DNA from: an uncultured Acidobacteriota bacterium
Lineage (GTDB): Bacteria; Acidobacteriota; Terriglobia; UBA7540
Reading direction: 5' to 3'
Length of the DNA: 64,000 nt
NCBI GenBank assembly: GCA_963831905.1
Contig: CAWHRX010000002.1
Location: forward strand, 140,150-204,149
The translations under genes and the position numbers were made by a program. The notes below the pieces were generated by a model that worked only from the letters and a program-made list of their open reading frames with translations, ran no database searches and was not told the origin of the DNA. Shown here piece by piece: positions 1-7,391 of this stretch (positions are counted from its first letter, which is position 1; each line of letters begins with the position of its first letter).

Positions 1-32
1 CGCGCGAGGCGACAAGGCGCTCCCAACAGGCG

Positions 33-401
33 CTACCGCTTCCAATCCAGGGCACCCTTCTTCCAAACGTAGACATACCCTGCCAATAAAACGGCAATGT
101 ACAAGAGCATTTCGACGAAGCCGAACCACTTTAAACTCTTGAAAACAACTGCCCAGGGATAAAGAAACACTGCTTCCACGTCGAAAAGGATAAAGAGCAT
201 CGCCACGAGGTAAAAGCTGACCGAAAAACGCTCCCGGGCGTCCCCTACGGGGGGACTTCCGCACTCGTAAGGGCTCAGTTTGGCTTGTGAAGTGCGCTTA
301 ACTCCCACCCATGCTGACAGGCTCAGGATGGCCGCGCTCACCGCCACGACGACCAGGAAATAGATCAGCAAAGGCAAATAAGGGCTTGTCATTGCAATCA
401 C
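33..401 (-). CDS. nuoA: NADH-quinone oxidoreductase subunit A
   Basis: 122-aa ORF with about three hydrophobic segments. The SPYECG...FDVEAVFLYPWAV core is typical of NuoA/ND3. GTG start. Confidence 0.85.
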   Translation of the reverse strand: MIAMTSPYLPLLIYFLVVVAVSAAILSLSAWVGVKRTSQAKLSPYECGSPPVGDARERFSVSFYLVAMLFILFDVEAVFLYPWAVVFKSLKWFGFVEMLLYIAVLLAGYVYVWKKGALDWKR

Positions 402-436
402 TTACAGTGAATGTCCTGAACCCTGCTTAACATTCA

Positions 437-466
437 ACTATACGAAGCGCGAATCAAAAGTGTCAA
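437..466 (-). promoter_or_regulatory. candidate sigma70-type promoter for nuoA
   Basis: Minus strand reads TTGACA (466..461), an 18-nt spacer, then TATAGT (442..437), about 35 nt upstream of the nuoA start. Confidence 0.4.
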
Positions 467-700
467 GTTTTTTCTATGCAGTCGCTCATACCCGTCCGCC
501 GACGGGCGCCCAGAAAGCATGAAATACCCCGGAGCGCGGGCACCCTGCCCGCAGCGTGAGTGGCATTGCGGCGAGAAATGCGGGTAGGATGCACGTGCTC
601 CAGGGTGTTTTCAGAGCACTGGAGAACTGCGTTCCACGGTCTGCGGCTCCTGGGATGACTGTTACTCCAACTAACCCGCCACCTTTTCTCTTGCCTGTCG

Positions 701-997
701 GTGGCTCGCATCGTTACCATATTTTCTACGAGGCTGCGTAACTTGCCCGCCAATACAAGGGCTGAGATCGATAGCGTGGAGACGCAAGTGGTAACAGTGC
801 AACTGAATGGTGAACTGCGCGACGTGCCGGAGGGCCTGACGCTTGCGGCGCTGCTGGAATGGCTGGACCTGCCCCGAGACCGCGTCGCGGTGGAGCGGAA
901 TCTTGAGATCGTGCCCAGAACCGGTTGGGATGTGACTCGGATCCAACCTGGAGACCGGCTGGAAGTGGTACACTTGGTAGGTGGCGGCCTGGAGTAG
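701..997 (+). CDS. ThiS/MoaD-type sulfur-carrier (beta-grasp) protein
   Basis: VTVQLNGE...IVPR..W....IQPGDRLEVVHLVGGG matches the ThiS pattern. The true start is probably GTG at 776, giving about 73 aa. The protein ends GGG-LE rather than GG. Confidence 0.6.
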   Translation: MARIVTIFSTRLRNLPANTRAEIDSVETQVVTVQLNGELRDVPEGLTLAALLEWLDLPRDRVAVERNLEIVPRTGWDVTRIQPGDRLEVVHLVGGGLE

Positions 998-1106
998 CAG
1001 GCGTAGCGCCTGCACTCACCAGACAGGCACCGGCAGCGCGTCGGGGCAGGGTTCTTAGCTGCCCTCGTGAGAAGCAGGCGGCCTCGAGTGGTGCCTGCCA
1101 AAGCCC

Positions 1107-2489
1107 ATGAATCCTTATCTCACCAGTTCCCCCGCAGCCACCTTCGTGGCTCTGCTGATCAAGTTGGCGGTGATCTCTCTGCTGGCAGGTTTCATTGCCC
1201 GCTTCGGAAGATTCAGGCAATTGATCTTCATCGAGCAGCGTTCTCCAAGAGAGAAGCTTGAATTCGCCGTCTTTCTCGGCATACCGTTCACGTTGGGTGT
1301 TTTGGCGCGCTTATTCTCCGGCTATCCGAATCTCGGCAAACCGATCGGGCCGTTCCCGACCACCGATCTCAGCTTGGAGGTAACGGTCCTCGCGGGGTTG
1401 CTGGGCGGGACCATCGCTAGCCTCGTCGTAGGTATGATGGTCGCCATGCCGGCGGTTCTGATTGGACACGAATTATTGGCGGCGCCCATGGCGGTGCTCT
1501 ACGCGGTCGTTGCCGGGACAGCCCGGTGGGTTTGTCCGGATAAGGAAGTAATCTGGCAGTTCTCCGGATTTATCGACCTTAGCCTTTACCGTTCCATCAA
1601 GCAACGATTCCAGCACCCGGCGGTGGATTGGCAGGTACTGTTTTCTTTTCTCTGCGTCATGCTCGAAGTCGCGCGCATGACCTTCGGCGGCTGGGTAGGG
1701 CATGGCAAGTATCTTTACTACATGGATTCTCCGCATTTGTGGGTCCGAGGCTTGATTGTGTTCGCCACGCTCATCGCCGTCGGCCTTCCGGTGCGAATCT
1801 GGAACAACACCCGGATCGAGCGCAAGCTCGCGGAACAGGAAAAAGCCCTTATGCAGGCCCGCGTGGATGCGCTCATCAGCCAGATCAACCCCCACTTCCT
1901 GTTTAATACCCTTAATACCGTCTCCTCTCTGATCCGTTTTGACCCGGACACGGCGCGGACGGTGCTCTTGAAGCTGTCCAACATTCTGCGCCGCCGCCTG
2001 AAACGCCAATTGCATTTTGTGCCCTTGAAGCAGGAATTGGAATTCATCGACGACTACCTGGATATTGAGGTGGTGCGATTCGGGAAGGACAAGCTCCGGA
2101 TCCGCAAAGAAATTGAAGCCGGAATCCTGGACGTGATGATCCCCAGCATGATCCTCCAACCCTTGCTCGAGAACTCCATCCGGCATGGAATAGGACCGAA
2201 GATCGAGGGAGGGACGATAACACTTCGTGTGACCCGCGACAAAGGACAATTGCGCATCGAGGTTGCTGACGACGGAGTGGGTATTTCCGAGCAGCGCCGG
2301 CCCGGCATCCTTGAGTCCGGCATCGGCATCAGTAATGTCCATGAACGGTTGAAAGTGCTTTATGGCCAGGATTATACGATGAGGATTGAGAGCCAACCCG
2401 GAAACGGGACCGCAATTCGCATCGAGATTCCGGAGTTGGTAAACTTCGGTCAGCCTGCTGCCGTCGAAACGGCGCAGGTGGCGACGTGA
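1107..2489 (+). CDS. LytS/YehU-type sensor histidine kinase
   Basis: Multi-TM N-terminus, then the NPHFLFNTLN His_kinase motif and a C-terminal HATPase_c region (DDGVGI, GIGISNV). Confidence 0.8.
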   Translation: MNPYLTSSPAATFVALLIKLAVISLLAGFIARFGRFRQLIFIEQRSPREKLEFAVFLGIPFTLGVLARLFSGYPNLGKPIGPFPTTDLSLEVTVLAGLLGGTIASLVVGMMVAMPAVLIGHELLAAPMAVLYAVVAGTARWVCPDKEVIWQFSGFIDLSLYRSIKQRFQHPAVDWQVLFSFLCVMLEVARMTFGGWVGHGKYLYYMDSPHLWVRGLIVFATLIAVGLPVRIWNNTRIERKLAEQEKALMQARVDALISQINPHFLFNTLNTVSSLIRFDPDTARTVLLKLSNILRRRLKRQLHFVPLKQELEFIDDYLDIEVVRFGKDKLRIRKEIEAGILDVMIPSMILQPLLENSIRHGIGPKIEGGTITLRVTRDKGQLRIEVADDGVGISEQRRPGILESGIGISNVHERLKVLYGQDYTMRIESQPGNGTAIRIEIPELVNFGQPAAVETAQVAT

Positions 2490-2497
2490 TGAAAAAA

Positions 2498-2570
2498 GCA
2501 GTCGACAGTTGACAGTTTACAGTCAACAGTTGAAACTCCCGATCCTGTCAACTGTCGACTGTCGACTGCT
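2498..2570. repeat. heptamer-periodic inverted repeat (GTYGACA units) forming a long hairpin
   Basis: Left arm is GCAGTCGACAGTTGACAGTTTACAGTCAACAGTTGA. Right arm is TGTCAACTGTCGACTGTCGACTGC. It starts 9 nt after the kinase stop codon. Confidence 0.85.
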
Positions 2571-2601
2571 CGTTAAAACTCGAATACGTGAGGATTCTGC
2601 T

Positions 2602-2937
2602 ATGGCGAATGACGCACCAACAGTGGTCGCACCCCCGAAATCGATGAGTATGATCGAGTCGCGATTTCGTAACATCTATTTGACGTTTTACAAGGAAAGC
2701 TATTTCACTCCCACAGCCCTTGACCTTAAAACAAAGGAACTGATTGCCATCGGGTGCTCCCTGGTAGCCAAGTGCGAGGGCTGTTTGGAAGGACACATCA
2801 AGAAAGCGCTTGAAGTGGGGGCGACCAAGCAAGAAATCAGCGACGCCATTGTGGTCGCGGTCGGCATCGCCGCCGCGGGCGTCGTGGATATGTCCGATAG
2901 GGCGGCCATCAAACTCGACCTCCATCACTTTGAATAG
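2602..2937 (+). CDS. carboxymuconolactone decarboxylase / AhpD-like family protein
   Basis: About 111 aa from ATG 2602. It has the CEGCLEGH CxxC motif in a helical AhpD-like context. The upstream part of ORF 2509.. lies inside the repeat. Confidence 0.65.
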   Translation: MANDAPTVVAPPKSMSMIESRFRNIYLTFYKESYFTPTALDLKTKELIAIGCSLVAKCEGCLEGHIKKALEVGATKQEISDAIVVAVGIAAAGVVDMSDRAAIKLDLHHFE

Positions 2938-2954
2938 CGAACTCTGAGGCGCGC

Positions 2955-4133
2955 TTGGACTCATTTGTCATCGCGGGCTTATTTCTTCTGCTGTTCCTCG
3001 GTCTGGCTGACAATCAGATGATCGCCGCTCTTCTCCCCTCGCTGCTGGGCTCGCTGCGTGTCAGCGTCGGAATGGCGGGCCTGCTGGTTGCGGTTTACTC
3101 CCTTGCGGCGGCACTGTCCTCGTTCGTCTCGGGCACTCTTTCCGACCACTATGGCCGCCGCCGTTTCTTGTTCCTGGGCGTGCTGTTGTTTGCGGCGTCG
3201 TCTTGGGTCGCCTCGCGCGCCGGCAGTTTCCAGGCGCTCTTGCTGGCAAGAGGCCTGACGGGCTTTGCGGCTGGAATGCTCTCCACGTGTTCCATCACCT
3301 ACGCGGCGGACTGGTTCGAGTACCGGGTCCGGGGCCGGGCGCTGGGATTGATCTCTTCGGCTTACTTCGCCGCGCCAATTCTGGGCGTGCCGCTGGCGGC
3401 GCAGATAGCAGACCGCTATGGCTGGCGCCGCGCATTCCTCTTTTTCGCTATTCTGGCTCTGGCGGTAGGTGCCGTGTCACTTGGCTTGCCAAAGGATAAG
3501 CTAAGCTCCGAGCCTTCCTCCGATAAGCTGCGAGCGGCCGGCCGCGCCTTCCGCTCCTTTCTCGTCCGGCGGGATACCGCCGCTGCCCTGGGCATAGCGT
3601 TCCTTGTGTCGGGGGGACTAGTGGGATTCCTCACATACGTGGGCCAATGGTTGAGCAGTGCATTTGGCACCTCCACGCGGACGATCGGATGGGTCTTCAT
3701 GCTCGGCGGTGTGATGGCGCTGGGAAGCGCGCCGGCGGGCGGCATCATTTCGGACCGCCTCGGCAAACGCTCGGTGGCAATCGTCAGCAACGTCATTCTG
3801 GCATTGGCTGTAGCGGCGATCCCCTTGTTCTCCTGGGGATTCTGGCTCCTCGCCGTGTTTTCCGTCGCCAGCATGGGCGCCGCGTTCCGGCAAGGTCCCT
3901 TGACGGCGCTGATCACTGAACTGGTGCCTTCGACTCAGCGCGGCGCGTTTATTGCGCTCCGGAATATCTTCTCGCAGACCGGCATCGGCACAGCGGCCGT
4001 GGTCGGCGGATTCCTCTTTGAGCGGCACGGTTACGCAGCGGTGACAACGCTCTGCGCGGCTATGACGGGCGTAGTAGCGCTGCTGTTGTTTACCCACATC
4101 GTGGAACCGCAGCCGGTGGCAGAACGGGCTTAG
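2955..4133 (+). CDS. MFS transporter
   Basis: 392 aa with about 12 hydrophobic segments. It has the SDHYGRRR loop motif between TM2 and TM3 and a second DRLGKR motif. TTG start. Confidence 0.8.
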   Translation: MDSFVIAGLFLLLFLGLADNQMIAALLPSLLGSLRVSVGMAGLLVAVYSLAAALSSFVSGTLSDHYGRRRFLFLGVLLFAASSWVASRAGSFQALLLARGLTGFAAGMLSTCSITYAADWFEYRVRGRALGLISSAYFAAPILGVPLAAQIADRYGWRRAFLFFAILALAVGAVSLGLPKDKLSSEPSSDKLRAAGRAFRSFLVRRDTAAALGIAFLVSGGLVGFLTYVGQWLSSAFGTSTRTIGWVFMLGGVMALGSAPAGGIISDRLGKRSVAIVSNVILALAVAAIPLFSWGFWLLAVFSVASMGAAFRQGPLTALITELVPSTQRGAFIALRNIFSQTGIGTAAVVGGFLFERHGYAAVTTLCAAMTGVVALLLFTHIVEPQPVAERA

Positions 4134-4201
4134 GGCAGAAGGCAGAAGGCAGAAGGCAGAAGGCAGAAGGCAGAAGGCAGAAGGCAGAAGGCAGAAGGCA
4201 G
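4134..4201 (+). repeat. tandem heptamer (GGCAGAA), 9 full units plus a partial unit
   Basis: Perfect 7-bp periodicity that begins directly after the MFS stop codon TAG (4131..4133). Confidence 0.95.
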
Positions 4202-4257
4202 CTCTCTCCTCGTTGGCGCTTTTATCACATCGAGTTTTTTGAGGAACTGGCGACCTA

Positions 4258-4347
4258 GTCATCCTGAGCGAAGCGAAGGATCCCTGCAGTTGCTCCTCAG
4301 TCGCCAGGACACCAACTGCGGCGATCCTTCGCTTCGCTCAGGATGAC
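4258..4347. repeat. palindromic element GTCATCCTGAGCGAAGCGAAGGATC ... GATCCTTCGCTTCGCTCAGGATGAC
   Basis: Perfect 25-nt arms at 4258..4282 and 4323..4347. Related copies occur at 11824, 13411 and 21246. Confidence 0.9.
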
Positions 4348-4394
4348 AGGCAGTGTTCACTGCCCACCTGCCGACCTGCCCACTGCCTACTGCC
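4348..4394 (-). repeat. degenerate GGCAGNN heptamer tract (inverse orientation)
   Basis: The reverse complement reads GGCAGTA GGCAGTG GGCAGGT CGGCAGG TGGGCAG. It mirrors the 4134..4201 tract across the palindrome. Confidence 0.7.
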
Positions 4395-4415
4395 GAGTTC
4401 CAGGAGGCTCGCTAA

Positions 4416-5345
4416 ATGACGAAACGACGAATCTGGCACATCATTAGAAACGTGATTCTCATTCTTGCTGCGCTGGTCGCCGGTTTCTTTTTTCTCTTCG
4501 TTCCTTGGTTCTTTTCAAGCCTTGGGACCAGAGGCCGTTATCATTATCCCGACCCCAACGACGGGAAGACGCCCATATCGTATGGCATGAAGTTCGACTG
4601 GGTGGAGTTTCGCTCCAGCGATGGCATTCCCCTTAAAGGTTGGTATGTTCCGGCGCAGGGCGAAGCGCGCGGCACGATTGTTTACTGCCACGGACTGAAC
4701 CGCACCCGCATTGAGATGCTACCCATGGCAACTTTCGGACACCAACTCGGTTACGACGGGCTGCTGTTTGATCTACGACATCAGGGTTCGAGCGGGGGCA
4801 GCGTGACGACTTTGGGATACAAGGAGCGGTTCGATGTGATCGGGGCCGTTCATTATGCTCTGGAGCAACAGCATGCGGCGCGCCCCGTGATCGTGTGGGG
4901 TGTCTCGATGGGCGCGGCGGCGGCGCTGATGGCCACGGCGGAGTCACCGGACATTGCCGCCGTGATCTCCGACAGTTCATTCTTGTCTTTAAGCGACACT
5001 GTGAGGCACCACTGGCGGCTGTTTTTTCACCTTCCCAGCTTTCCCATCGCCGATGAAGTCCTCTACTTGCTCGCCTGGCGCGGTGGCTTTTGGCCGTCCG
5101 ATTTTGACCTCGTCAAGGCTGTGACCCGCATCGGCGACCGTCCCACCCTGTTCGTGGCACTCGAGAATGACCGCCGGATGCCACCTTCGATTGCTCGCGA
5201 CCTTTACTCGCACGCAATCAGCCCACGAAAGGCCGTCATCGTTCTGCCCGGGCAGCGTCACGGCGAGGGGTTCAATCTGGACACGGAACCCTACGAGACA
5301 GCAGTGAGACAATTCCTTACCGGCTTGCCCGCGGGCCACCCCTGA
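4416..5345 (+). CDS. alpha/beta hydrolase with N-terminal membrane anchor
   Basis: 309 aa with a hydrophobic N-terminus, a GVSMGA nucleophile elbow and a later HG motif. Confidence 0.7.
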   Translation: MTKRRIWHIIRNVILILAALVAGFFFLFVPWFFSSLGTRGRYHYPDPNDGKTPISYGMKFDWVEFRSSDGIPLKGWYVPAQGEARGTIVYCHGLNRTRIEMLPMATFGHQLGYDGLLFDLRHQGSSGGSVTTLGYKERFDVIGAVHYALEQQHAARPVIVWGVSMGAAAALMATAESPDIAAVISDSSFLSLSDTVRHHWRLFFHLPSFPIADEVLYLLAWRGGFWPSDFDLVKAVTRIGDRPTLFVALENDRRMPPSIARDLYSHAISPRKAVIVLPGQRHGEGFNLDTEPYETAVRQFLTGLPAGHP

Positions 5346-5631
5346 GCCGTGTCGGTTCGTCCGGTTCTTGAAGACGGCACCGCCAAGCCTTGCGACCCAG
5401 ACATAAAGTCAGATGTCCGGAACACCCCTCTTCCGAAACGGGGCGGCTGCGTAGAAGGGGCTGCCAGGCCCCCTGCCAGCCAGAATAACGCGTCTTCGGG
5501 GCTGGGGTTGGGCTCCGATGGCCTCCCAATTGAGAAAGGCGCGTTTTCAGCGGGTTTCGTGAGGAGGCTCTCCGGATTTGCCCTTTGCGGGGCCGGAGAG
5601 GGGCCTAGCGTAGTTTTCGGGCATTTTGGCC

Positions 5632-6429
5632 CTACGTCCGCCGGCCCTCGCGCAGGCGCGCGTGGAGTTCTGCAAATTGCTGAAGCGGCAGTTGTTCGGC
5701 GCGGATCGAGAAGGGCAGTTGGAGAGCTGCCAACTCGGCTTCCACTCGCCGGCGCGCATAAACTGACTGGAGGTTGTTGAGCAGATTCTTGCGCTTGTGC
5801 GCAAAGCACAGTTTCACGAATTCCAGCAAAGCCTTCCGATCCTCGGCCGGAAGGCGGTTGCTCCTCATCTCGAACGTGACCAGGGCAGAATCGACTTTGG
5901 GGGGAGGTGAGAAGGCGCCGGGAGGAATACCGAACTCAAAGCGTGGTTGCGTCGCGAGTTGCGTCAAGACGGTGAGGTAACCATAAGAGCGCGAGCCGGG
6001 CAGGGCAGTGAGGCGCTCCACGACTTCGCGCTGCATCACGAATCCCATGCCTTTGATCCACGCGGCTTCATCGAGGAGATGGTGGAGGATTGGGGAAGTA
6101 ATGTAATACGGCAAATTCCCAAAAACGTAGCACCGGTCTTGCCGGAAACGCTGGCACAGGCGGGCTAGGCAGGTCTCTAAAATGTCAGCTTGCACGACTT
6201 CGATATTTGGTCTCTTGGCGCACTCTTGTTGTACCCTTGAAACGAGGTTAGCGTCGATTTCAAGCGCGACTACCTGCCGGGCTCGTTCCGCGAGCAATCC
6301 GGTCATCGCGCCCCGGCCAGCGCCGATCTCGCAGACAAGGTCATCTTTCTGAATCGCCAGGGCCGCGACAATGCGCTGCTGGAACCGCCGGTCGTGGAGA
6401 AAATGTTGTCCAAGCTTTGGGCGAATCAC
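5632..6429 (-). CDS. rsmA: 16S rRNA (adenine1518/1519-N6)-dimethyltransferase
   Basis: It starts LGQHFLHD, carries the EIGAGRGAMT SAM motif and has NLPYYITSPI. Confidence 0.9.
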   Translation of the reverse strand: MIRPKLGQHFLHDRRFQQRIVAALAIQKDDLVCEIGAGRGAMTGLLAERARQVVALEIDANLVSRVQQECAKRPNIEVVQADILETCLARLCQRFRQDRCYVFGNLPYYITSPILHHLLDEAAWIKGMGFVMQREVVERLTALPGSRSYGYLTVLTQLATQPRFEFGIPPGAFSPPPKVDSALVTFEMRSNRLPAEDRKALLEFVKLCFAHKRKNLLNNLQSVYARRRVEAELAALQLPFSIRAEQLPLQQFAELHARLREGRRT

Positions 6430-6486
6430 GGGTGTGATTGTACCCCAAATCGCGCGCCGGTTTGTGTCCGCGGCCCACTAACTGAG

Positions 6487-6525
6487 CCCCGAAGGGGCGG
6501 ACTATGGTAGTCCGCCCCTTCGGGG
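6487..6525. repeat. perfect palindrome (18-bp stem, 3-nt loop)
   Basis: CCCCGAAGGGGCGGACTA tgg TAGTCCGCCCCTTCGGGG, located in the divergent rsmA/rimP spacer. Confidence 0.85.
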
Positions 6526-6611
6526 TTGTGAGTTGCAGGCGAAGTCCAGCTTTGAGTTTAGGACACCGGGCAGTACACATTTAGGACGCTGCCGGGAATT
6601 CCGACACCGCC

Positions 6612-6641
6612 TTGCATTTTGCCCGGCGACAAGGCTATACT
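6612..6641 (+). promoter_or_regulatory. candidate sigma70-type promoter of the rimP-nusA-infB operon
   Basis: TTGCAT (6612..6617), an 18-nt spacer, then TATACT (6636..6641). Confidence 0.45.
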
Positions 6642-6660
6642 TAACTTGGCGAACGCACTA

Positions 6661-6683
6661 AGTGGGCGAAAGCCCACTTTTTT
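6661..6683 (+). terminator. intrinsic-terminator-like hairpin in the rimP leader
   Basis: AGTGGGC gaaa GCCCACT followed by a T run (6678..6683). It lies about 15 nt after the predicted transcription start and 34 nt before the rimP start. Confidence 0.55.
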
Positions 6684-6716
6684 GTTAGTCGTGAGTCTTG
6701 TCGGGGTGTTCCCCCG

Positions 6717-7214
6717 GTGGATTCGCAACAGGAGAGGACTGCAAAGAGTTCGGCGATGCAGGTAGACCTGGAGATAATCACGGAGATGGCGCGGCGAGTT
6801 GCGGTCTCTGAAGGGCTGTCGCTGGTTGATGTGGAGCTCAAAGGCGGTGGGGGAACGCGCCTGCTGAGAGTGTACATCGACAAGCCGGAAGGAGTCTCTC
6901 ACGCTGACTGCGAGCTGGTGAGCGAACAGTTGAGCGCCATCCTGGACGTTGAGGACCCGTTCCCCGGCAGCTACACTTTGGAGGTGTCATCGCCCGGCCT
7001 CGACCGGCAACTGGTTAAACTGAGCGAGTTTGAGCATTTCACGGGGCGGAAGGCGCGGGTGGTGGTGCGCGAGCCCGTGAACGATCAGAAGGTTTTGGAA
7101 GGGCGCCTGGCGGGTATTGAAGCGGGTCGTGTTCGGCTGGACTTGGGAGACGCTGGCCTCAAGGAACTCGAACTCTCCAACATTCAAAAAGCTCGGCTCG
7201 TGGTGGAAATCTGA
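6717..7214 (+). CDS. rimP: ribosome maturation factor RimP
   Basis: It has YTLEVSSPGLDRQL and lies immediately upstream of nusA. An alternative start is ATG 6756. Confidence 0.85.
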   Translation: MDSQQERTAKSSAMQVDLEIITEMARRVAVSEGLSLVDVELKGGGGTRLLRVYIDKPEGVSHADCELVSEQLSAILDVEDPFPGSYTLEVSSPGLDRQLVKLSEFEHFTGRKARVVVREPVNDQKVLEGRLAGIEAGRVRLDLGDAGLKELELSNIQKARLVVEI

Positions 7215-7216
7215 AG

Positions 7217-7296
7217 GGCAGTCCAGAGTCGAGAGTTGAAAGTCGAAAGTCGCAGGCGGGTTACTTTCGACTTTTAACTCTCGCCTCTCGACACTG
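7217..7296. repeat. heptamer-periodic hairpin unit 1 (AGTYGAR units)
   Basis: The arm CAGTCCA GAGTCGA GAGTTGA AAGTCGA AAGTCGC is followed by a loop and the complementary arm TTTCGAC TTTTAAC TCTCGCC TCTCGAC. Confidence 0.85.
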
Positions 7297-7300
7297 AAAA

Positions 7301-7380
7301 GGCAGTCAAGAGTCGGAAGTTGAAAGTCGAAAGAAGAACGCACTTAACTTTCGACTTTTGACTCTCGACTCTCGACTCTG
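7301..7380. repeat. heptamer-periodic hairpin unit 2 (AGTYGAR units)
   Basis: Near-duplicate of unit 1. Its 3' arm ends 1 nt before the AAGGA Shine-Dalgarno of nusA (GTG 7392). Confidence 0.85.
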
Positions 7381-7391
7381 AAAGGACTCCG

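Noticed and set aside
540-775. TPP riboswitch upstream of the ThiS-like gene
   Set aside because: Only an isolated GCTGAGA was seen at about 760. The ACCC...AACCTGATC...GCGTAGGGA elements and the helices expected of a TPP aptamer are absent.
4134-4201. CRISPR array (also considered for 30696..31787 and the heptamer hairpins)
   Set aside because: The units are 7 bp, or 273 bp and coding, with no unique spacers of CRISPR size. No cas genes are present in the window.
6430-6611. Independent small RNA ending at the 6661-6683 terminator
   Set aside because: A good promoter lies only about 15 nt upstream of the hairpin, so the terminator is better explained as a leader attenuator of rimP-nusA-infB. 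No separate promoter was seen further upstream.
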